From NCBI GenBank assembly GCA_000002435.2, contig CM018789.1: 64,000 nt of DNA; one strand, given 5' to 3'. Made by a program: the position numbers and the translations under genes. Positions 1 through 8,596 of this stretch are shown in pieces. The notes below the pieces were generated by a model. That model saw nothing but the letters and a program-made list of their open reading frames with translations, was not told the DNA's origin and did not search any database. The number at the start of each line of letters is the position of its first letter. Position 1 is the stretch's first letter. The DNA comes from Giardia intestinalis (Eukaryota).

Positions 1-39
1 AGTAAGGCAGAGGCAGAGCAGAGCAGTACCCTAGATCAT

Positions 40-705
40 ATGAGCTCGCTTGAGAGGAGCACAGTTTACGGGTACGACGTTCCTGTCATCACTACACCCT
101 ATCTCCTGCACATCATCCATTGCCTGATGGCATTTACAGATGTTTCATCGTCTGAGCCCCTTCTTGACACAATCAAATCCTTATTAATACTAATTTTGCG
201 CCACTCACAAGTCCGTCGTCTCTTACCAGAGCTAGCCTCTCTTTTGGAGTTTACCAAATGTGTTATTAAGAAGGACACTCAGTTCATACTATCGAGTCTC
301 ATACCCTCTGCTTCTGTCCTCGTCTGCTATCAAACAGCAGCCGATACCAACGTAACATATAAAGTTTTAGGAACCCTTGCATTTCTAGTGGACATAGAGT
401 GGAGCTATAGCGCAGCATCCACTTCAATTTCTGATGCATTAGCTCACTTGTACTCTCACGTCTATACTCGGCCAAATACGGAAGTTCAAGGGCTTTTAGC
501 ATTTTTCGCAAGGCTAATGGTTTCGGGAGGGATAAGTAGTTACACCCAATGCAACCTGCTCAGATTGCTGACCAATCTTGTAGAAAAGGCTCTGTTCTCC
601 GCGCAAGAAGTCCTTAGTATCATAGAGAGTATCCTTCAGGACGCGTGCTCAGAGAGCGTTGCGGCACAATGCCTTATTTCGGCCAGTGTACTGTTAAGTA
701 TGTGA
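40..705 (+). CDS. hypothetical protein (221 aa from ATG at 40; frame is open to base 1, so possibly 5'-partial)
   Basis: Long ORF with ATG at 40 and no in-frame stop upstream in the window. Its 3' end overlaps the convergent 965-aa gene by 12 bp. No recognisable domain. Confidence 0.35.
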   Translation: MSSLERSTVYGYDVPVITTPYLLHIIHCLMAFTDVSSSEPLLDTIKSLLILILRHSQVRRLLPELASLLEFTKCVIKKDTQFILSSLIPSASVLVCYQTAADTNVTYKVLGTLAFLVDIEWSYSAASTSISDALAHLYSHVYTRPNTEVQGLLAFFARLMVSGGISSYTQCNLLRLLTNLVEKALFSAQEVLSIIESILQDACSESVAAQCLISASVLLSM

Positions 706-3591
706 TTGTGTGTCACTTAATGGATTTAGGTCGGAGAAATTTATCAAAAACTCCCCCATGAAGGAGAAATACTCATTGCTGTCGACTTGGATGGAGTCCT
801 GCGATCCCTCCAACGGGGATGTTGACGCCCCGTTGACTATAGCTTCTAGGAGCGCTGAATCGGCGTTTGATGCAGTGAATTCAAAGACAGTGGACGAGTC
901 CGTAAAGTCATCCGTGCTGCTTTCTGTCGCTTGGTTGGCCACTTTGGAAAGTAGTAAGTCATAGCTGTGATCAAGTAGGCGTGTGCTGAGATCCATTATG
1001 GCCCCTGTTTGCAGCAGGTACTTGACTGTCGGGTTAGGCTCATGGGTGGCAGCCGCTGCCAATCTCTTTATGGAAAAAGGGATGAGGTTAGAGATTCGTT
1101 CAAAAAGCCTGGGCCTCAGCTGCTTCCAGTCAATCGTGAATATAATCTTATCAGAGATGCCACCGGCAAGTCGTACGATGCTTCTGAAAAGATTGATGTA
1201 GTGGGTAAGACCACTGCTCCACAAATTCCCCTCGCAGTCAACAATCTTTACGAACTCCTGACCGACGTCAATGAAGGAGCTCTGCAAGCAGATGGTGTCG
1301 AGTACATTCGGATCTGAAATAAACAGCTCAACACAGGGGATGAGGATGCGGCCAACCGCAAAATGGAGTGCTGTGGCATCTGGATAGCTGTAGAAAAGCT
1401 TGCACATCCCCTTAGTCAGCCCAGCATCTAAAAGATCTAACATCAAATTGCGAAGAGAGATAGGCAATGCACATCCATCCTTCAAGAGATATGTAGCTGA
1501 GATGGCTATTTCAGACGGGCCTCCAGATCCTGCTCGAGCGGAGTATGGTATCGGTGCCTCCAGCAACGGTTCCGTTACTCGCTGAAGAGAGTCTCGCTGC
1601 TGTATCTTTCCATTAAACTCATTCGAAGGCTTAGCTCCAGTCTCCTTGAAGTATAAGTATGCTTTGATGTCAGCAGTAACAGAAAGGATCCGTGCATACA
1701 ACATTAAGTAGTGGTACAGATAAGCAATAAACCGTGATGTATGTGAGTGCTTGACAATACTAGGATAAGAGCTGGTTGTCTCATCGACAAATTGTACAAG
1801 CGTTCTGGTTAGAGTGCCTAGTCTATACACAATGCGAGGATACACCATTCCAATTTCTTGCCATAAGAGAAAATCGTTTTGAGCAAAATTAGATGACTCT
1901 ATCGACATCCTCAAAGCTGTTTTGAATATGAGGGAGAGGCCTATGGCTAAAACTTTACCACATGCATTGAAGCATGTACACACGAATAGACTCAAATCTT
2001 CTGTGACTTCAACCAGTGCATGGAGCTCACTTACATACGAATTCAGTGTGGTCAGAAGCGATGGGAGCTCGGACACGGCTAATATAACAAGCCCAGAAAT
2101 ACGACAATTGAAGAGTTTTTCATATAAATGCATGATAGATAGCAGAGTTGACAAGCAAGTTCGACTACCAACGGCAGTGACCAACTGAGCGCACAGATTG
2201 ACCTGTGAAGCGCAACGCACCAGCGCCGAATTGATTTCTTCGTCATGAAATTGCGATCCCACATCTATAAGAGTGAGAAGAGTCCCAGCAACCTCCTCGT
2301 ATTGTATGTTGGAAAGCAATTGCTCAAACAAGCTAGGTTGCTCTGCATACGCAAATAGGAGAAGGGCAGTGGATTGTTGAGTGATCAAAAGGCTGGTCAC
2401 GATGCGCTTAAACGTCTTGAGATAAAGTTGTGACGGGTTTGTTGGAAGAAACAGAAGCTTGCGAGCCAGCTCAGTGTCTCGCAGAATAAGATTCTGTAAT
2501 GTAAATTCTTCAAAGCTATAACGCAAAAGGACAACGAAGATGTCGAGACAGTCTTCGTGGTCTAAAGTACAATTAGGATGATTAGTAGAAAAGATATCAT
2601 CAATGCGGTCATTGGCCGCTCTAGGGGACGTATAGATATATTCAATTATCCAGGCGACGTTGGCCTTGTCAATAAGAAAGGGTAGAAGCTCTTCTGCATT
2701 ATAGCTGGAGGCACGGAACGTATTGTTGCAGAGAGACTGCGCAGCCAAGAAAAAAGAGTTAAGTTCAGTGCTGAACGACGTAGTATTGTCTAGTTCAAGA
2801 TCCTCGCTAATGTTGGACTCAGTTGGGTCGTAGAGTGTCAATGGAGAGCAATTGAGCGGTGACAAAAACGTAAAGCTGGCATAGCTAGATGACAATAGCC
2901 TAGGCCAAAAGCGCTCCTGGCTGTGCTGCAAAGAGAGGAGGGTCGAGAGTAGTCGCCCTAACTCCTGCGAGTAGCCACGATGCTTGACAGTATGTACTAT
3001 GGATTCATCAGTGAACAGAGGAGAGGCAGAGCAAGGGAGATCTGCTACATATTTATATAAAACTCTTCCCAGAACAAGGAGTTCTGCCTCCACAGCGCTC
3101 AAGTTTGATGGCACATGCTCACCTTCAAAGCAGCACCCATTGGCCTCTGCACACACTTCTTCACTACAGAAAAAGAGGGGGGACACTAGCTTAAGGGAGT
3201 GACTGCTATCAAGATATGCCAAGTTTGCACTGATCAAATTGAGGTAATTTAAAGTAGGAGTTCGGTCAATGGAGTCTTGATAGAAGCTGCTGTACTTGTA
3301 GCGGACCGTTTCCATTGTAGATAGAATGAACCGCTGCAATTCTCTTTCAGATAAACGAGTGCTTTTTTCTGGTTGGACTGCAGGTTCACTTTGGACAATA
3401 AGTCGCCTACATCCGTCTGTGTTGAATGTCATTCTGCATCCTTGCCCTTCTTGGTCTATGATGAGACACTCGGGACGCATCAAGCAACTGAATCGAGAAG
3501 ACTCAACGTGCTCAAGAAACTCTGCAGGACGTTTAGAGCATAAGATATGCACCACAACACTACCTGAAGTGTACTCAATATGTAGTTTCAT
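694..3591 (-). CDS. hypothetical protein, 965 aa
   Basis: Uninterrupted 2.9-kb ORF with a verified ATG (cat at 3589-3591). No family motifs recognised. Confidence 0.5.
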   Translation of the reverse strand: MKLHIEYTSGSVVVHILCSKRPAEFLEHVESSRFSCLMRPECLIIDQEGQGCRMTFNTDGCRRLIVQSEPAVQPEKSTRLSERELQRFILSTMETVRYKYSSFYQDSIDRTPTLNYLNLISANLAYLDSSHSLKLVSPLFFCSEEVCAEANGCCFEGEHVPSNLSAVEAELLVLGRVLYKYVADLPCSASPLFTDESIVHTVKHRGYSQELGRLLSTLLSLQHSQERFWPRLLSSSYASFTFLSPLNCSPLTLYDPTESNISEDLELDNTTSFSTELNSFFLAAQSLCNNTFRASSYNAEELLPFLIDKANVAWIIEYIYTSPRAANDRIDDIFSTNHPNCTLDHEDCLDIFVVLLRYSFEEFTLQNLILRDTELARKLLFLPTNPSQLYLKTFKRIVTSLLITQQSTALLLFAYAEQPSLFEQLLSNIQYEEVAGTLLTLIDVGSQFHDEEINSALVRCASQVNLCAQLVTAVGSRTCLSTLLSIMHLYEKLFNCRISGLVILAVSELPSLLTTLNSYVSELHALVEVTEDLSLFVCTCFNACGKVLAIGLSLIFKTALRMSIESSNFAQNDFLLWQEIGMVYPRIVYRLGTLTRTLVQFVDETTSSYPSIVKHSHTSRFIAYLYHYLMLYARILSVTADIKAYLYFKETGAKPSNEFNGKIQQRDSLQRVTEPLLEAPIPYSARAGSGGPSEIAISATYLLKDGCALPISLRNLMLDLLDAGLTKGMCKLFYSYPDATALHFAVGRILIPCVELFISDPNVLDTICLQSSFIDVGQEFVKIVDCEGNLWSSGLTHYINLFRSIVRLAGGISDKIIFTIDWKQLRPRLFERISNLIPFSIKRLAAAATHEPNPTVKYLLQTGAIMDLSTRLLDHSYDLLLSKVANQATESSTDDFTDSSTVFEFTASNADSALLEAIVNGASTSPLEGSQDSIQVDSNEYFSFMGEFLINFSDLNPLSDTQSHT

Positions 3592-3982
3592 TTCAAATGT
3601 AATAATGTTGCCACTTATGAATGACTTGAGGAAATTTTTAAAATCTCAAATCCTCTTCATTGAGGTATTTGGGGAAAGTTGTGCAACAGCTTTTCTTGTT
3701 CAACATGCCAATTGTTGTCTTGTAACGCAACGCCCAGAGGTTATACTTTAAGTCTCTTGAGTCTCTTGAGACTTATTGGTGTTCTGTTTTGCCTTTGTGT
3801 GAGAGTATTTCTAGAGTACTTCTGCACCTTCACTGGCGTCGTGGCCTATGCGGCACTTAGGGTCTGCGTGGACACTCGACCACATGCGCTTATGTTATGG
3901 CAGTTTAAAAAATTCTTGTAAAAATCGACTTCGAGCTGTAAACGAAAATGCTCAATTTCAATCAGGTATCTTTAAGTAAGGT

Positions 3983-6900
3983 TTACACGGAATACAGGTA
4001 TCGTACATCTGCCTTAAATACGTAGTCGAACTGTTGATAGTTCTTCTGTCCATTGTGAGTATACAGGACCCGATTGAAGTCCATCTCGCGGTCAATATAG
4101 ATTTTGATTTTTTTAGGTATGTAGGTCTCTGACAACCCTGCAGCTCTTATGGCGGCGGCTATATCTTCTAGTACAAAGCGTTCAACCGCTTGCGCCAGCG
4201 CTCTGGTGAAATTGGTCGGAGACACGACTGGCAGAAAGACTCTCATTAGATCATCTTCGTCCTTACCGTAGCGTTCGCACAGAAGCCCATCACGCGATGA
4301 GATCTTGCTACTGATGACGGAGGACATCGATTGGACAGACGGAGTAAGGCCCCGCTCAACGACGGCCACTTCTCCCTCTGAATCCAAGGTATCTTCGCAA
4401 CCTTTGATTCCAGAGGTCTCTAACACAACGTCATGGGAGGTGGCTCCCTTGAGCTTAATCTTCTGTTCTCTGTACCGGGCTTCTAGCAAATACTTCTTGC
4501 AGTTGATAATACATACTGTGTAGTTAGTATTGGGATTGGCAAACAGGCAACACGTTATTATGTATGGAATGCTCTCAATGATTCTGTTTGCTAGATCTCT
4601 GTCGAGAATCTGCTTGCCGAGCACAAGGTGTTTGTGGAGCGATCGCAAGTAGACCAGGCGTCCGTCCGGAAGAAGCTTGATTAAGTCCCCAGTATGGAAG
4701 TACCCGTCTGCATCAAAGATGTCATTAGCTTTAAAGAGATCACACTGCTTTTTCTGCGGACAGGAAAATGACCCTTGAAAGAGGGACAGTGAGGTATACC
4801 GCTTTGAGTATGCGTCTAAGAATGTATCAGTGGTGCAAGGTTCGGCATGCACAGGAAGGATATCTGCTGCGCTGGTGGACTCCTTGCCGAGAGGTGCAGG
4901 TACGCTCTTAAGCTCAGGCATTTCATCACTGATTATTGTATCTGGAGAACAAATGCCTTTCAGTACCACATTGAGAGGAACGTCTTGGTCGCAAAGTTCG
5001 TGGGACGTATCTCTAGAGGGCGATGTCGCAAGGGTATTGCTTTTTGGTTTTTCTGATGGCTGACTGGATCGTACAAAGCTCTGGTCCTTGACGCTCAGGG
5101 GAATTCCGCAGGCAGAGCCAGACAGTTTGTTGAGCTTCAGCTCGCTAATGGTTATGCTTTGGCGAACAGACGAGGCAGTTTGCGACATGAGTGGAGGGTT
5201 TAGTCGTAAATCTTCTACACTCATGCTAGAGAACTTAGAGAAGCCCGCAAGCCCTTGTTTATTGACTATGCTTGCAATTCCTAATTGTGCACCAGAAGAC
5301 GTGGGAGTGTCGTCGACAGAGCCAGGTTCTGGCCCAAACAGTGACGGTCTCTTGATAATGTCCTTAGAAATAGCCTGTGTATCTGCTGCGGCCAGAGCTG
5401 AGTTGGGTTCTGGAGACTCTTGGGCATCATTGTTATGGCTCGGCGATTGGGTCGAAGAAGCTACTGTTCTAATGGGCTTCAGCTGGCCGCTGTCATTAGA
5501 ATCTAACCGTGAATTTTCGGCATTAATAGCGTACAGCAAAGCAACGGCTATACTGTGCTGTCTCTCAGCCAGATTGGGGGCCTTGAAGAGACCCATATGC
5601 TCAACCTTTTTCTTTAGAATCTTGACAACACCCAGAGTTGACATCCTGAAGGGACTAGAGCAGAACTTGAACATGTGAGCGATCTTCCGGAAGAGGAGGG
5701 ATCCAGAGTAATTGCCCGCAACAGCCATTTTCCCCTTGAAACAAAGCTCACCAACCCCGTCTCTTTCCAATGAAAACTCACACCTCTCCTTGCAGTCCAT
5801 CACCACGCTGGAAATACCTGGCATGGATCTGCCCAGCAAACCTTCGTAGGACGGCAGGTCATGATAGTATGTGTAGCATCCCAGCCCCAGAAACTCTGAG
5901 ACCCCATAGACAGTTGAAAAGATACCCCCAGTGCCCACCCGAAAGAACTCAATGACCTTGTGCTGTAGCGGGCCGCCGATTGAAATGAAGTGAGTCGTAT
6001 TGCCTCCAAAGGCTTGAGCATTGATAAACCTTAGAGTTGAGGGGAGCTTTAACGTGCTCACCTGTGACTGGTAAAAAAGCGTCTTCAGGGATACCATTAG
6101 GGATTGCGATAGGCGACCATTTGCTTTCAATATTGGAGATAAAAACGCGTTGGCAAGGCGATGATGCTTGGCGATAATCCTTTCCGTGGTCTTGTAATAT
6201 GGTGTTAACCGATGATTTCTAAACGAAGAGAATGTGTCCAGTATCCTTTTGCAATCATCATTAGAGACTCGTTCGGGGACCACGCGGGAGGCCTTTATGA
6301 GCGCCTTTTGCGAGTGAGCAAACACCTTCTGGATCGCAAGCGCATGGGGGTCGTCGCTACTGGTTTGCGGCTTAGTATAATCCGCAGCAGCCAAGTCAAC
6401 GTTTAGATTGACAGTGAGAGGCCCGAAAGGACCAGAGGTCAGCTGATCAACTCCAACCTGATCCAGGAACATCGACTCCTGACAGATGCTGTCCATCTTA
6501 TCTGCACGTCGCTCGAGATCCTTCTCTATGCGGTCGACTTCCTTATTTCCCAGTTCAGTCAGATATGTCAGCCCCGCCTTGTAGATTCGTTGATATATCT
6601 GGCATGTTCCCACAAATAGCGTGCATTGACTGTCTCTCAGATCAAGCATAAATTGTCTGTCGATTCCGGATGAATAGTATATTTGGTAGCCTCTAATGTA
6701 TGCGAGATGCTCAAGAACCCTCTCAAAGGGCATGGAGAGAGGAAGATGGGAGAGAAAGGAGGGCTGGTGGTGGACAAACCCGGATGATTTGATTGACGGA
6801 CTTCCTGGCAGGATAACATCGGCTGTAAAGGCTCTCGTCCCGGATCCTCTGCCAACAAAGATATTGGTCAAATGCTTTGCTGAGTTTCCTGGGCTTTGCT

Positions 6901-8554
6901 TACTTGCTAGGTTTTGTGAGCCAGTCCTAGACTGCCCCTTTTTGTCCCGTTCGTGAGATGAAGAAGGTTGGTGCTTGTTTGCTTGAATAATGTCTGATGT
7001 TTCGGAAGCATCTGCAAAGGGGTTAATGTATGGATCACATGGGGAGCGCATATGCCCAGGAAGGTAGCCCAGTGCAAGTGATGTCATGGCCGAAATAAAC
7101 GCACCATAGGTGACCCCTAGTCCGACAATAGGCGGGGAAGGAGAACTAGACTTCTTATTAGATTTATACAGTATGCTGCAGATATCAGTGGCGCCGGCGC
7201 GCACGTCGTTCTGAGCAGTGTATTTAATGTGCTTCGTCTTCTGCATCAGGACATCTAGCGATATGATGTTCAGAGGCGTCTCGTCTTCTAGAAGATGCTT
7301 AAGTCCTGCCTGAGCTCCATTTAAGTTAGGGGTGTGCGCGGGGTCGTCGCTCTCGGGCTTATCGGAACAAGTTACCGCTGAGCTCTGCACTACAGCTGGT
7401 TCAGAATCTAGCAAACAATTTTCAATAGAGTTTGCATCCGATATGTGTGCACGCAGATACGATGAGATATCTATAAGATTCTTGTCGACAGTGTGTTCTA
7501 GGGTTCGTCGGTCGTGTTTGGTCGACGTTTGATTTAAGATGGCTGGAAAGGGTGCCATGCAAGCACTGAGCTTTCCGTTAGCAAAGCACGTAAAGACCCG
7601 TCCGTCACGTAAGTAGTAGGACCCAAGCCTATCCTCAAGGTGTGCCTGTGTCGAGACCTTACTGTTGCGAATTTCGTTTAGATATGATATACCGTCAATA
7701 GATAAGATATTAGAACTGGGGCTGGCAGGCGGATCCTCCAACTTGTCAACAACAGCAGAGGCCTCTTGGCAAGGGAGGGGAGAATTCCCTGTCCGCATCC
7801 CTTGTAACGGAGATGCTAGTGCGTGCGCGGAGGGAGATCCATCCGCAGAATTGAAAAACTCATCGTAGATCATCTGGTCTATGACGGACGTTGTGAGGAG
7901 TTCTTGTTCCAAGGTACCAAACACCATGGACGCAGCGTTGATCAAATTAGGGCTATCGGGAAGCGTATCCAACGATAATACAAGGCGGAGGTTGTCGCAG
8001 CGATGGGCAACGCCAAGAACCCGACTCACATACTGCTTCTGAGTTATGATGAGCTTCATTCCCGAGTGGAGGATGATGTATGCAAGCTTCTCATGGTTGC
8101 TCGTGGTTGGAACGGGAACAGTGACGGCGCCACGCGCCATAATGGCAAGATCTGAGATGAGCCAAAGGGGAGAGTTGGCTGCCATGAGCCCAACCATGTC
8201 TCCGCTCCTAATCCCCAGATACTGAAAGGCGGCAGTGACATGGTTGACCATGCGCTCTGCCTTAGCATAGGAAAGGTTGGTAAAGGGGGAAGGCGCGCTG
8301 ACAGCCTGTGTGCTCTCTTGACAAGTGTTGTCCCTGGGCCTTTCAGGAAGTGTTGTTGCTAGTCCATTACGAAAAAACATAAATGGGAGGTCAGAAAAGC
8401 GCGAGCACGCATCCCTGAACATCTCTATGAGGGATTGCTGCATTTTGGGTAAATAGCCTGCAGAGACGTGTGCATGCGATGCAGAGAGTAGATTGGCTGA
8501 TTGTGTGGCAAGATACTTTCTATTGCTGTTTGGAGTATATGATACAGTTAACAT
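3983..8554 (-). CDS. long-chain fatty-acid-CoA ligase (acyl-CoA synthetase, AMP-binding family) with large low-complexity insertions
   Basis: The N-terminus has the ACSL-type motif block YAKAERMVNHVTAAFQYLGIRSGDMVGLMAANSPLWLISDLAIMARGAVTVPVPTTSNHEKLAYIILHS. The C-terminus has YGVSEF (GYGxTE-like) and FHTGDLIKLLPDGRLVYLRSLHKHLVLGKQ (HTGD...DGxLxIxDRKK-like). The track start at 8560 is TTG; the first ATG is at 8554. Confidence 0.8.
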   Translation of the reverse strand: MLTVSYTPNSNRKYLATQSANLLSASHAHVSAGYLPKMQQSLIEMFRDACSRFSDLPFMFFRNGLATTLPERPRDNTCQESTQAVSAPSPFTNLSYAKAERMVNHVTAAFQYLGIRSGDMVGLMAANSPLWLISDLAIMARGAVTVPVPTTSNHEKLAYIILHSGMKLIITQKQYVSRVLGVAHRCDNLRLVLSLDTLPDSPNLINAASMVFGTLEQELLTTSVIDQMIYDEFFNSADGSPSAHALASPLQGMRTGNSPLPCQEASAVVDKLEDPPASPSSNILSIDGISYLNEIRNSKVSTQAHLEDRLGSYYLRDGRVFTCFANGKLSACMAPFPAILNQTSTKHDRRTLEHTVDKNLIDISSYLRAHISDANSIENCLLDSEPAVVQSSAVTCSDKPESDDPAHTPNLNGAQAGLKHLLEDETPLNIISLDVLMQKTKHIKYTAQNDVRAGATDICSILYKSNKKSSSPSPPIVGLGVTYGAFISAMTSLALGYLPGHMRSPCDPYINPFADASETSDIIQANKHQPSSSHERDKKGQSRTGSQNLASKQSPGNSAKHLTNIFVGRGSGTRAFTADVILPGSPSIKSSGFVHHQPSFLSHLPLSMPFERVLEHLAYIRGYQIYYSSGIDRQFMLDLRDSQCTLFVGTCQIYQRIYKAGLTYLTELGNKEVDRIEKDLERRADKMDSICQESMFLDQVGVDQLTSGPFGPLTVNLNVDLAAADYTKPQTSSDDPHALAIQKVFAHSQKALIKASRVVPERVSNDDCKRILDTFSSFRNHRLTPYYKTTERIIAKHHRLANAFLSPILKANGRLSQSLMVSLKTLFYQSQVSTLKLPSTLRFINAQAFGGNTTHFISIGGPLQHKVIEFFRVGTGGIFSTVYGVSEFLGLGCYTYYHDLPSYEGLLGRSMPGISSVVMDCKERCEFSLERDGVGELCFKGKMAVAGNYSGSLLFRKIAHMFKFCSSPFRMSTLGVVKILKKKVEHMGLFKAPNLAERQHSIAVALLYAINAENSRLDSNDSGQLKPIRTVASSTQSPSHNNDAQESPEPNSALAAADTQAISKDIIKRPSLFGPEPGSVDDTPTSSGAQLGIASIVNKQGLAGFSKFSSMSVEDLRLNPPLMSQTASSVRQSITISELKLNKLSGSACGIPLSVKDQSFVRSSQPSEKPKSNTLATSPSRDTSHELCDQDVPLNVVLKGICSPDTIISDEMPELKSVPAPLGKESTSAADILPVHAEPCTTDTFLDAYSKRYTSLSLFQGSFSCPQKKQCDLFKANDIFDADGYFHTGDLIKLLPDGRLVYLRSLHKHLVLGKQILDRDLANRIIESIPYIITCCLFANPNTNYTVCIINCKKYLLEARYREQKIKLKGATSHDVVLETSGIKGCEDTLDSEGEVAVVERGLTPSVQSMSSVISSKISSRDGLLCERYGKDEDDLMRVFLPVVSPTNFTRALAQAVERFVLEDIAAAIRAAGLSETYIPKKIKIYIDREMDFNRVLYTHNGQKNYQQFDYVFKADVRYLYSV

Positions 8555-8596
8555 AAACAATTGCTCTATTTTTGATTTACTGATGTGACTGTTTAT

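Noticed and set aside
3326-3921. 141-aa and 80-aa ORFs in the 3592-3982 intergenic region
   Set aside because: The first runs antisense across the 5' end of the 965-aa gene, and the second is low-complexity Leu/Cys-rich. No start context or homology supports either.
5088-5678. 196-aa plus-strand ORF inside the acyl-CoA synthetase gene, and similar antisense ORFs inside the ankyrin genes (e.g. 14052-14555, 11948-12424)
   Set aside because: They are embedded antisense in long genes with clear family motifs, and have no motifs of their own. Such ORFs are expected by chance at this GC content.
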